From Selaginella moellendorffii (lineage: Eukaryota > Plantae > Lycopodiophyta), in contig NW_003314267.1 of assembly GCF_000143415.4 (NCBI RefSeq), positions 1,309,309 through 1,373,308 on the forward strand: a stretch of 64,000 nucleotides of DNA, in the 5' to 3' direction. Numbering within the stretch: the stretch's first letter is position 1; each line of letters starts with the position of its first letter. Of this stretch, positions 22,050 to 34,949 are shown one piece after another. Both the position numbers and the translations under genes were made by a program. The notes below the pieces were generated by a model that had not been told where the DNA came from, searched no databases, and was given only the letters and a program-made list of their open reading frames with translations.

Positions 22050-24130
22050 ATATTTTTTCTTGTTCACAAGCTAGAACACCTCTATAACCATTTCAAAGCT
22101 TTTTTTAAAGGATTTAATCCTTCATGATAACTTTTATGCTATGTCATTATAAAATATGCATGACAAGCCAATTTGTATAATTTTTCCATTCCTTTTGTGT
22201 TCCATAAAGCAAAATTAACATAAAAATTTATATACATAATGAATATGCTAAGAAGTGATGATTAATTAGAGCTAAATATTGAAAACAAAACACTTTACCA
22301 CATGTTTATTTGCTCTTTTATTGATGCATAGGGAGAGAATAAGTAAATATCTTTGCAAATATTGCAATGTTAAAGGTGTGTAAACCTAGCTTCATGAGAA
22401 AAATATAGGCATCTTCTATAATTCTTTCCATGCATTCAATATTAAGACCATTCTAATTGCAATAATCCTTTGCAATTATAAAATTTTCTCCAAAATACCA
22501 CATGCCTAAAAGGTGTCTCTTTCCTAAATAACTTGATTAAAATATAAAAATGTATGTTGATACTTACCAAATGATATTTAAGATGATTATGATATAAAAA
22601 GTGTCTTGCTTTATCACCTTCTAAAAAAGGTTTACAAGTCTTTCTGACTTCTCAATTCATATATGTCTTCCATGTAAACTAACTTTTGACAAAAACAATT
22701 TCACTTTTTTTATAGCTAAATTTGATGTAGATAATGGTTGTTTGTTCCATACAAACATGGGAAAGAGCATTATTACCTTTTCCACAATTCTTACAAATGC
22801 ATGTAAAGTGCAAATGTGTATATGTTGAAGGGGTATTGGTAAAATTACTAAGGATATATCTCAGTTTGGTAGTAAAAATAGAGAACTAAAAGTTCACCCT
22901 ATTGACTCAGTGTTAGTGTATAAATTTAAATCACTAATTTAAAATAGAAGAGTTCTACATTATACATTAAAAATTACTTATACATTAAAAAAACACTCTT
23001 ATTTAAACCATAAAGACATTTTATGGTTTTAAATTTGTAGTTAGTATTCCACTTTGAATTTCTCATGACTATCTACATAAAGTATTTCATCATAATTATA
23101 AAATCTAATAACCTCTAGAAGTTGGGTTTAGGACAGAAAAAACTTTAAGGACTTGAGGTTTTCTTGTAGAACTTGATAAATCCCAAGAAAACTATATAAT
23201 AAAAGGAAAATTAGGCTTAAAAGAAAAAACAATTATATATCAAAGATCATATTTTGATAGTGTATGCATATGATCTTGCTGTAGCTGAATTTTGAATGCC
23301 TTGTTCATGATGCTAATAGATACACACTCCATTGATTAATTTTCCATTGCAATTCTCCTCTTTAATGTTATAAAACTTTACTATTACTGGTAAGACCTTA
23401 AGGATATCAACCCAAATATTATTTTAACAAATATTATATTTGTCAGAAATTGTTTTATGTTCAATATCTATACTTCAATTAATGTGGAGGAAGACACCTA
23501 ATTTAGTTATCATATTTAGCATGCATTTAACTCTCATAGTCACAATTTATTGTGTAATTTTCATGTGGTAAGATTGTGGTAGTATTGCTTTCCTCCTAAG
23601 ATTAGATTTTAGAGCATTAAAACTAACTTTATACACCTGTCTCAAGATTCCCACATGATTGCAAACAGTTTGTATATTTTAAAGGCTAAAAGTTGAGAAT
23701 TACTTAAATCAAGCTACTTCACAAATAAAGACTTCACATAAGAATATCATTGATTGCTAGGTTTTTGCTAGGTTTTACCAGCTCTTCTTTACTTCATCTA
23801 GATAAAAGATATTCTGGCAAAAGTGAATCTGCATTTTCCTATTGCCCTTCCAAATGCATAATTTACAAAAAGCTTGAATGTAATGTTTAAAATGTTCTTA
23901 TCTTTATACTTTCTTTGGTTTTGTTTAACAAGAACTAAAAGGTGTTTCTTTAATCAAGACAAGCTTTTGCTTCAAAAAACTTACCTCTTCTATTTATACT
24001 TTTTGTTTAGGGGAGAGAGTTTTATGTAGATGCATCACTTTAAATTTATGTTTAAGTCTGGCAAATTGTTGTTCACTGTCCTTATATTTAAGTTGTCAAA
24101 TTTGTTTTTAATTATCTAAACAATAGAATG
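22050..24130 (-). mobile_element. Decayed intron-containing DDE transposase gene with RAG1/Transib-like motif order
   Basis: Manual translation in order: MECVSISIMNKAF (about 23300-23333), FKVE..KTIKCLYGL (about 23004-23060), IPLQHIHICTLHAFVRIVEK (about 22780-22836) and YVNFALWNTKGMEK (about 22181-22223); many stops and frameshifts. Confidence 0.55.
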
Positions 24131-24249
24131 ACTATAAAACAATAATACCTTATCTTTACTAAGCATACCTTTAAAACTTCAAAAAGGATTTGCAGGAACA
24201 TCAAGAGGAGGTATTGGTGGATTTGTAGATGGTGCCAATTGTTCCTAAT

Positions 24250-24552
24250 GCCTTTGAATGAAGTATTTTAGTCATTGCATATGCATAATTTCTAAAGGAT
24301 CAGTTTATTAAATGTTATGCATACCTTATAAACTTGTGATCCAACTTGCTACAACACTTGATATGGTCCCTTTCACTAAGAAAGGACACCTTAGATAAAC
24401 CACATACCATAAATATGGGAAAACAAATTAACATCAAGTCATCCACTTTGTACTTTGTAGGTGGATGATGATGGGAGTTGTAGTGCTATTATTGTCCCAT
24501 TTATATATGGCTTATGTATTCGGCAAACTTTGCTCAGATAAGTGGAAGAATG
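24250..24552 (-). mobile_element. Integrase C-terminus (GPY/F region) of the older Gypsy, split off by the nested insertion
   Basis: GPYQVL..VGSQVYKV on the minus strand; appears to continue from the sequence right of 30010. Confidence 0.55.
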
Positions 24553-24913
24553 TGTCAAGACCCCCAACAAGATCAAGATTGGAAAATGCAGAAGACAAAG
24601 AGAAAAGCTAATGGAAACGAAGAAAAAGCCTTAGACTAGCATTGATTTAGATTGTGGAGAAATGGAATAAGGCTAACCTATATATACTATAAGTTGATGA
24701 AGCTCCACCACCCTTGAATCAAGGACGGCCTAAATATAGCTAAGGTCAAGGAGGTGCCATGTCATCATCAAGAATGTGATTCAAGACTCAAGAATCATAT
24801 AGGAAATCAAAGAGTCAGGAATAGGGAAGTGTCTCGAGAGTCAGAAATATAGTCTGTAGGTCAGGAATCCAGTGAGAGTCAGGAATGTGGCAAGAATTGG
24901 GGAATTCCTGATA
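24553..24913 (-). repeat. 3' LTR
   Basis: tgtcaagacc...ggaattcctgata, about 90% identical to 29626-30010. Confidence 0.95.
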
Positions 24914-27900
24914 GCACCCCCTCCTCAAGAACGAGTGGAACGAGGATGTGAATTAAAACGAAGAGGAGGATGAGATGGGCAGTGAGGGACGGGAAAGGGA
25001 GAATGAAAAGAATGAGGACTGGGATGAGAAGGATAGGGGTGGTGGAAGTTCTGAACAAAGTCAAGAGAATGAATCAGGTTGTTTACAGGTTCCCAAGTGC
25101 ATTCCTCAGGTCCATAACACTTCCAGTTTACCAGATAGTAGAGTTTAGACTATGAGATCTTGGAATCAAGGATGTCCTAAACCTCATACTCAGACCTATC
25201 CTTGAGCTACACAAGTGGAGGTGGAGGAATGACTCGATTTGGAATAGGATTGGGAATATAAGGCTTAAGGAGAGAGGAGTGAAAAATGGAGTGAATTTGA
25301 TATGAGGAGGGAAGTGCAAGGCGATAAGTGACAGGATTAATGATGGCAATGACAGGGAAAAGACTAAGGCATTTGAAATCGAGTTTGGGACATGGCCTAG
25401 TGGTGGAGATATTTCGCATAAGGAGCCAGACTTTATCCCCGATATTGTAAGGGGGACAATCCTGACGATGGATATTGGCAAATGTTTTATGAGATTTCTG
25501 AGCACGATGGAGGTGGAAGGAGATGGAGTTGTGGATTTCCTGGAGGTTGGAGACAAATGCCTCAGAGCGGGGATTTAAACAAGAGGATTCGGATGGAGAA
25601 GGAAGTGAAAGATTGAATCGAGGATTGCAGCCAAAGTTTGCAAAGGAGGAAACTTGAAGAGAGTTGTTATAGAAGAACTCAGCAAGGGGAAGGATATTGA
25701 ACCAGTCATCTTGATGATAGTTGATGAAGCACCTCAGGAATTGTTCCAACGTCTGAATTGTTCGCTCAGACTGTCTATAAGTTTGAGGATGATACGTTGA
25801 AGAGAGGTTGGCCTTCACTCCAAGCAATTGCAAGAACCATTGCCAGAAATGAGAGATGAATTGAGGTCCCTGATCTGAAACCACATCTGCAGGAATCCCA
25901 TGAAGTCAAAAAATTTCCTTGAATACCAGTTTTGCCATGTCCTTGCCCGAAAACTCCTTGGTATATGGCAGGAAGTGCACCATCTTTGTGAAGCGATCCA
26001 TCACAACTAAAATGTTGTTGAAGCCTCTAGAACTCAGAAGATCACTCAAGAAATCCATGGTGATGGATTCCCAAGGACCTGAAGGGACCGGGAGGGAACG
26101 AAGCAAACCTGAAGAAAGGTGGTGAGGTACCTTGTTCCGGGCGCAAGTGTCATAGAAGGTAACAAAATCTTTGATGTAGTCGTCCATGTGGGGCCACCAA
26201 AAGTCTTGTGCAACTAGGTCATAGGTTTTCGCAATGCTGAAGTGACCAGCAGTCGGGCTATTGTTGCACACTATCAGGACCAACCTTTGAGCATCACTTT
26301 CAAGAACGTAAAGCTACTCCCCATGGTACAACAAGCCATCTAAGAACTCAAACTCATCAAATTGTCAGTAGTCGGGAGTCACTGGGTGTCTAGCCTGAAG
26401 ATGGGGGAAAATGTCAATGGCGAGGTCGTCGGATTGAAGATTGTTTTTTATCACATCCATTAAGGAGGAGTCCTGAGGGGCCAGAGAAATTGCTATAACG
26501 TGAAGCCGATCAGGACCGAGGATAGCTTGATCCTGTTGATCAAAGGCAGGATTACCAGGCCTGAGACTGAGATAGGAGTGCCTTGAAAGAGCATCCTGAA
26601 GCCTTCCAGGTCTGTACTTGATAACAAAGTCAAACCGACTCAAGAATTGTGCCCACCTTGCTTGACGACGGGTCAAAACTCGGGAAGTGGCAAAGTACTC
26701 AAGATTTTTGTGATCCGTCCAGACCGTTGTTTGATGGCTTGCCCCCTCCAAGAAACGATGCCACTCTCCAAAGGAATCCATGATGGCAAGGAGCTCCTTG
26801 TCATGGATTTCGTAATTGATCTCCGTAGGTTGGAATTTCCGAGAATGGAAAGTGACCAGATGAAATTCCTGATCCGCTCCGAGTTGAGACAACACAACAC
26901 CGATGGCAAAGTCGGAGGCGTCCTCCTCAATGAAGAAAGGTTGTGAAGGATCAGTGTGGATCAAGACGGGAGTAGAATTGAAAGCCGCCTTGAGTGTGTC
27001 AAAGGCCTACTGAGCAGCAGCAGACCAAGAGAAGGGAACATCCTTGCGAGTGAGATGCGTGAGAGGAAGGACAATGTCAGAGTAGTGAGCAATGAATTGC
27101 AGTAGAAGTTGGTGAAGCCAAGGAAAACCTGAATGTCTGACATTGATTGTGGAGGCTCTCAGTCGAGAATAGTCTTGACTTTGGTAGGATCTATCGTGAT
27201 ACCCTCGGGAGTGACAATGTATCTAAGGAACTCCATAGACTCCTGATTGAAGGAATATTTCTTAAGCTTCGCATATAGGCCGTGTTCCCGCAGCTTCACC
27301 AGCACCTTGAGCACATGCTCGTCGTGCTCCTCCTGAGTTTTTGAGTAGATGAGGATGTCATTGAGGTAGACGATCACCATCTGATCAAGAAACTCCTAAA
27401 AGACGTTGTTTGCCATGTGTTGGAAAACTGTTAGAGCATTTGTCAAGCCAAACGGCATGACAGTGTACTCGAAGTGGCCATAGTACGTTCGGAACGCAGT
27501 CTTCCATTCATTGCTAGGCTAGATCTAGATCAGGTTGTATGCTCCACGGAGGTCGATCTTGGTGAAGAAGTGGGCACTGCCAAGGCGTTCCAATAGGTCC
27601 GAGATCAGGGGCAGCGGATAATGGTTCTGAACAATCACCTTGTTCAAACCTCGGTAGTTGATGACTAGTTGCAAACTCCCATCCTTCTTCTTGACAAAGG
27701 AGACAAGCACTCCAACCGGGGACTGCGAATGCTGAATGTACCCCGAGGCAAGGTTCTTGTCCACGTACTCTTTGAGGGCCTTAAGCTCGGACGGGATAAC
27801 CCGTAGATAGGCCCCCATGGAGGTGACGCTCCTTCCTATAAATCAATGTGATAGTCATAAGGTCAATGAACAGGCAGTACACTACATAAAGGAAAATAGG

Positions 27901-29625
27901 TTCTTCATGAAGGAGTTCTTTCATAGTGATTGTGGAGATAGGAGGAGGCATACGATTGAATGGAATGATGAGACGAAGATACTGTCTAGTGTAAGATGGA
28001 AGAGAGGGGAAAGAAGAGGGTGAAAACTTTGTAGAGTCAGGAATAGAACCCTGATTTGAGTTTAGGGAACTTTTCCTAATTTGGACTCGATGAACAGCAA
28101 GGGAAGACATGGGAGAGACAAGATGTAATTCCTTCCAACAGATCTGAGGCTAGTGTAGTTGGAACCAAGGAAGGCCGAGCACCATAGAGGAGGACTTGTT
28201 GTTGATGATGTTGAAGGCAATATCAGTGATAGTGGACTGGATGTGTACTCAAATGGGCAACGTTCCATAAGTCCAGAAGATGGAGACATAAAATTCCCGC
28301 CAATGCCTTCAACCCTCAGATCCTATATGGTAAGAGAAAGAGGAATGTGATGTCGGGCAGCAAAGTCCGTGTCCATGAAGCAGGAAGTTGCACCCGAGTC
28401 TAGTAGCGCTAGAGCCTTGAGTCCTGATTGTCCGGTGAAAGAAAGGAGACATGGGATGCGGAAGTTGCGGGAATTGGTAGTGGCTTTGATGAAATGTGGT
28501 GAGGAGCTTGATAAAGAAGAAAAGTGATTTTTATTTGGGGAGTCCAAACAAACAACCCTTACTCTGTTTGGATAGGGCCGTTTCTTGACTGCAACAGAGG
28601 TGGACCTTGAAGCAGAGTGAACTCGAGCAGTTGGAGAGGCTTCTTGGGACACACAGCTGCTTTGTGATTAGGATCAGCACAGTAGAGGCAAAGATTATGA
28701 GATACTAGACGTTGCTTCTCAGCAGGACTTAACTTCCCTCGGATGAGTCGGGGAGTACCAGAGATATCCATCGGGACTGGAGCAGTAAGTTCAGGAGTAT
28801 GCCCTGAAGACTCAAGCTAGGATTCCTAAGTCTAGGACGGGAAAACAGTAGCGCAACGACTTTCCTGATGACGTTCAAAGAGACAATTGTTGTATCATAT
28901 AGCTTTGTTGATGGCGTCCAACAGGTCTGTGGGATCTTCCATGGTAAGCAACAAATCCTTAACACCATTGTTGAGACTGAAACGAAATTGATTAATTAGG
29001 GCCTGTTCATCTCACTGAGTGTCCAAGGCAAGGAGTTGGAACTTCGCAGCATAGATTGAGGTAGGACGAGACCCCTGAGAGAGACGTCTCATATTTGTGG
29101 TGGCAGCCCGAACTCGATCCGTCTCGCCAAAACATGCTTCGAACTTTTCTTTGAACAACTGAAGATCCATTAGCTCCGGAACCACGAACCCTTTCATGCT
29201 CTTCTCCAGGAGAGGAGAAAACCATGACAAAGCTGCACCTTCGAGTAGCGTCCCGATCGTGCCGATTTGAGACTCAGGAGTGGGGTACTACTGATGTTGA
29301 AGTGTGAAGATCAGCTCCATCTGGTTCAGGAATCCGTGAAGCTCCAAACATTTGCCTGAAATCTTCACCGGGAAACTCATCTTCGGTTCAAGAACTCTAC
29401 TTGATCCTTGAGCCAAAAGTGAAGCAAGCTCCTATTGCATGTGAAGAAGAGTCGCCTTCAACTCAGTATTCTTAGATTGGATTTTTGCAAGGACTTTGGC
29501 AAAGAAATTAGGATGGCTTGGAGACTCCATCGGCAAAGAAGAAATAAAAGGGGGGAAAAAGGCAAAGGTAGTCAAAAAATCAAAACGAGCAAAAGCAAAA
29601 ACAAAAAACACAATCTGAATTAAAC

Positions 29626-30010
29626 TGTCAAGACCCCAACAAGATCAAGATTGGAAAATGCAGAAGACAAAGAGAAAAGCTAGTGGAAACGAAGAAAAGG
29701 CTTTAGATTGACGTTGATTCAGATTGTGGAGAAATGGAACAAAGTTAATCTATATATACTATAGGTTGATGAAGCTCCACCACTCTTGGATTGAGGACGC
29801 CTAAATATAGCTGAGGTCGAGGAGGCACCACGTCATCATCAAGAATGTGGTTCAAGACTCAGGAATCATACGGGAAATTAGAGAGTCAGGAATAGGGAAG
29901 TGTCTCGAGAGTCAGGAATAGGGAACTGTCTTGAGAGTCAAGAATATGGTCTGTAGGTCAGGAATCCGGTGAGAGTCAGGAATGTGGCAAGAATTGGGAA
30001 ATTCTTGACA
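29626..30010 (-). repeat. 5' LTR, with an extra 26-bp tandem unit
   Basis: tgtcaagacc...attcttgaca with TG..CA ends. Confidence 0.95.
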
Positions 30011-33000
30011 AAATGCTTGTCAAATATTGATCCCAAGACCTAGTATTGGCAATTCGTGACAAAGGCGAAGGTAAACTCAACTCTGTTGATAATATTAGAT
30101 CATGACCATATAAGAGTTTATATAGTGAAGTACTAACAAAACTCTCCTGTGATATACACATATCAAAGAGAGGGCAAATATCCATCCCAATCCGAATGTT
30201 AAAACGTTCATGTACTTTGCAATCATTCCTTTGAAGGTCCAAATGAGTTATTCTACCAAACCATCTGATTATGGATAATAAACACTTATAAAAGTGTGGA
30301 GTATCCTCAATTGAAATGTCAAAAAATGAAATGCCTTAGCAAAAATTGTAAAACCATTATCTAAAAGAATTCACTTTGGACAAAATGCTGGAACACGACT
30401 TGATTGAAGAGGAAGTATTTAATAGCAGTTGAAGATGCACTAGCAAGAGCACTAACTTCCACCCAGAAAGTTAAGTAGTCAGAAGCAATAATGACATATT
30501 CATTTCCAGTAGTTAATTGTGGAAAAGGCCTTATCAAATCAAATGCCACTAACTCAAACAAACAAAAAATTGAAATTAACTCTAACCATTTTCTGTAACA
30601 CGAGGGGAGTATTATGAGTTTGGTGCCAAATGCAGCTATGCACATACTTGATAACATCACATAACATCTCCAACCAATAGAAAGACCTGTGCAACTTCTC
30701 GGTTATACAACAATGTTTCATATGCCTGTTTAAAATAGGAGAATTATGGTAGGTATGGAGAAAGCATGGAATAACCATCAATTATAAATGATCATTAGGA
30801 TCCATCCTCATAAAATAAAGAAAACCATTCTCAAGGAGATACTAAGAAAGTAAATGTTGAAATGGCAAGTCATCAATAAGTGATGTAAGATTCTCAAACT
30901 TATTATAAAGCTTTCATATCCACAACTCAATGTTTTGAGCCTCATGAATTTCGTTAAGAGAAAGTATATCTTACTTTGCATCTTGTGGATATTGAATATC
31001 AAATACAACAACTATAAAAAGAGAGTGAAGAAGGAAAAGGAGCTTGAGATAGGGCATTAACATCAGCCATAGAAATTCTCAAATGATGAATAACATCAAA
31101 ATTATATATTTAAAGCTTCAAAGCCCACTAAGTAGTATGACTAACCAAGTTTTTCTGCTTCAATAATGAAGTAACTACAGTATAATCACCTTTTAGTAAT
31201 GTCTAAAGACCATATAGATATGTATAAAGTTTTTCAAAACTCTAAACTATTGTTAAACACTCTTTCTCTATCATGGAGTAGTTCACTTCCACTGGTTGTA
31301 ATGTACAGTTAATATATATAATGGGATAGCGCTAACTAGACACACTTGGGCTCTCTTGCATCAACACACTTCCAAGATTGATATCAGAAGCATCCGCATG
31401 CAAAATGAAAGATCGAGTGTGTTCAAGATACACCAAAACTAAACAAGTCGTCAATAACTTTTTGAGATCCATAAACACCTGCTCATAGTCTATAGACTAG
31501 ATAAAAGATGATGTTGACGACTTCAACAATGCTTACAATGGTGTAATGTAATTAAAAAGATGATCAACAAAACAACCGAGATATTGCACCTTACTTAAGA
31601 AGCACTACACATGATTCATACACTTTGGAGTAAAGAACTTTAGAACAGCTATAAGTTTGTTAGGATCAACTTGCAAACCCTCACGAGAAATATGATACCT
31701 AAGATAAGTCATATCTTTGGACCCAAATACGCACTTTGACCGCTTTAGCTTTAAACCAATTTCGCGTAGTCAATCCAACACCTTATGAATATCATAGATG
31801 TATTCCTCCTACATCCCCTTTGAGTGGATCAAGACATCATTGATGAAGTTAGTAGTAACCTTTGGTATATCGTAAAGAACCTCGTCCATCATTTGCTGGA
31901 AAGTTGCTGGAGCATTGTTCAAACCAATTGACATCACCAAAAACTGTTATAAACCAAAAAATGTATGAAAAACAATCTTAGGAATATTATCTTTAACCAT
32001 TGGTACTTGCTAGTACCCAAAAGTAAGATCTAATTTGGTGAATCAATGACTTCTCCCTAGACGATCTAAGAGATTAGTAGTGTGAGGAAGAGGGTATATA
32101 TTCAAAATCGTCACTTCATATAACAAATAATAATTAATGTAGAAAAGAATACTCCTATCAAACTTTGTTACAAAATGAGGTTCATACACCCAAGGACTTT
32201 GGGACTTTTGAATAACTACATTTCCAACATTTCCTTGATGTTTATATGTAAAATCTTGATCTCTTTAGGTGACTAATGACAAATAAGAACCTTGATTGGA
32301 TGAGCATCCCTTATTAGAATAGGATGATGTATTGAAATCTTGGCCCTAGATGGCAAGTTAAATTCAAAGAGATTGACATACTACTTTATAAGTTGGTCAA
32401 CTAATACAACATAAAAACCATCAGAGAGATCAGAAAAAGAAAGAGAGGAACAAGACAAAAACTTAAAAGGAAGTAATGGGGAGACAAAAATGATGGAAGC
32501 AAAAGTAAAAGCAAAGGGACAAAGAGGTATAAAATTGAGAGGAATAGAAAAAATATAAAAAAGTATGAGACAAGGGGGAAAAACCTCAAAGTCATATTTG
32601 GCATGATTGTGTCGCAACTAATCTATACTAAAGATGAGGTCAAAATTTTGACTCAACATCATTTGCAATGATTGCAACTCAAACTCAAGATTGCTTACAT
32701 ACACAATGAAGTTCACCTCATTTTGTGCATATGCATGTGTATGGTTGTTGCTATAAAGAATGAAAAGTGGCTCAACCACACAACACAAATATAGACAGCA
32801 ACATGTGACAATAGACTGAGTAATAAAAGATAAATTTGAGCATGTATCAACCAATACAAAGAGAATAATAAGAGACCTCTTATTATAAAAATAAATTTGG
32901 AAAGTAAACACTGGATGAACCAGTGTCAAGTGAACCCCTTGATGATACTCTTGGAAGAAAGATGGAGGGACCATTGACTTATTCGCACAAGGTCTTTTTG

Positions 33001-33900
33001 CTACTTATGTGACTCTTCATTTTCTGGAAGCATCTCAGTGTCTAGACCTTCTACTACAGCAACACCAATAGGACATTGTTGAGGCCAAGGTCAAGTATTT
33101 TAAAACTTTTAACTGATTAAAAAAAAAGGTGCACTTTTATTTATGGGCTCTTTTCCTCTATCTTTGAATCCAATGAACTATTTCTTAAGTTATTCTTTTT
33201 GGTTGTTTATAATCTACCATACTTTTCTATAAATTCATGCCCTTGTGAATGGAAGTTGAAAGCCACAACTCTCTTGATACCTTACCATTTGAATCGAGCC
33301 CAATTGGAGCAAACTAAACCTTCCAAATGTATAGTAGGGATAATGGGTAAGCCAGGGATGGCTAACCTACCTGAGACATAGTATAATTTTTGCTTACATG
33401 TCCTTGTTTTGCATTAAGCTTGGATCTAAGTGCAAGGTCTATACCATACTAACTATTGGAGTACCCATATCCTTGCATTAAGCCACTAATATGCTAAATA
33501 GTGCTAAATTCTGCTTAACTTCATTTTGCGTGCTAGTCCTAGATGCTCTAGGACTATTCCTATGTTGCTCCATGCTTCTACTCCTTCGTTCCTTGGGCTA
33601 TACACTTGAGAATCATTCCATACTCTACTTCCTTCGCTCTTTAACTCTATGCTTAGGAGTTTGGCTCCATCCATATTGAGAGGGGAGCCTTTCAACAGTG
33701 GGGAAAACACTCTCTTATGCTCTGAAATTTTGCTCAAAACATCCTCTTATGTGAACTCCTTGCCCTAGAAAATGTGGAATATTTTAATAGTGGAATATTC
33801 TAGGGAATCTCACTCAACTCTAAGTCATCTCTTAATAAGCGACAATGAGGGAATGTGCTAGCTCCATCATGCGTGAGAACCCACAGCTAAAGTGCTAGTG
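30011..33900 (-). mobile_element. Older degenerate Ty3/Gypsy element (gag-PR-RT-RH-IN)
   Basis: VLVDTCSNLSFI protease, RT remnants (GLNNAPATFQ, NFINDVLI), FILHADASDINLGSVLMQ, and integrase FELVAFDLI..TTGNEYVIIASDYLTFWVE; outer boundary uncertain. Confidence 0.8.
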
Positions 33901-34949
33901 AAGACTCCAAGGTGATGCCCTGTGTCAACAACTGCTAGAAGAGAAGAGACCAAAGAAAATAAAGAAAAAAGAAAAATAAGAAAGAGAATGTGGAGTTCTA
34001 GAGTCAAAGGGAAACCACATAGGAAAACTTAACAAAAGAACTGACACTAGAACAAGAGGATAACAAGAGGAAAAAAGAAAGTGAAAATGAAACAAAGAAA
34101 AGAGAATAAAAAAATAAAAAAAAGGAAAAATAAAAAAGAGAAAATGGAAATATGAAATGAAGTAGGAGAACTATTTACTTGGACTCCAACTTAAAGCCTT
34201 CTCACCTCTGAAAAGTGCCTTAAACATAGCCCAACTATTCTCAAAGTTCTAAAGGAATGAAATGATGGAAGTGAATATATTGCTTAGGGGTGGTAATTGT
34301 GAGAATGATGGAAGACAACAGCCTTATAGATGAATGGTGGAAGATAGTGGTGGCCAATTATAATAGAATGATAGTGGAGGGGATCTAGCAGCTTATAAAT
34401 ATGGTTAAAGTAGTTTACAACATGTGTGTTAATCGTAGGAGAAGAAAAGTCTTGCAGTCTATGTTGGCATCTATTGGGATCATTGTGTCTTGTTGCTGTA
34501 GGAATGTGGGATTGGGTAAAATATATGCCCATAATAATGATTGGTCTCTTGTGCATATCAAGTCTAACTGACTCTTAGAAATCAATTGCTAAGTGTCTTG
34601 GATTTGCCCATACTCATTGCATCAAGATAGTCCATATCATATCTTGAGTTTGGCACCTCAAATTTCACTGCTTCTTGGTGTGTCTATTGCATATGATGAT
34701 GATAAATAGGGTGATATAATAGGATCTCTAAGACTATGTGTGCATGGTAAGAAAAGTGAAGACATGTGAACCAGGCAACTATAATGAATGGTAAACAATG
34801 GTGTAGTGAGTAACAGAATGAATGGATGGTGGTTATAAATGGTAGAAAATAGTGATGATGATAGATAGAGTGAAACCATATAGAGAAAACCTAGGAACCG
34901 TGAGTAGCATGTTGTGAAATGGATGAGCTCCAAGACGAGAGGAGTTCAT

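Larger units (their letters stand above)
24553..30010 (-). mobile_element. Full-length but mutated Ty3/Gypsy chromovirus (Tcn1/Tf1-like)
   Basis: LTRs at 24553-24913 and 29626-30010; TSD gaatg/aaatg; PPT at about 24916-24929; gag knuckle CLYCADPNHKAAVC, protease LDSGA, RT KIDLRGAY/YLNDIL, RNase H DASDFAIG, integrase WESITMDF/SDQGPQF, and a chromodomain (YEV..ILDSK..YYLVNWK.YGPEECTWEP) at about 25040-25190. Confidence 0.95.
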
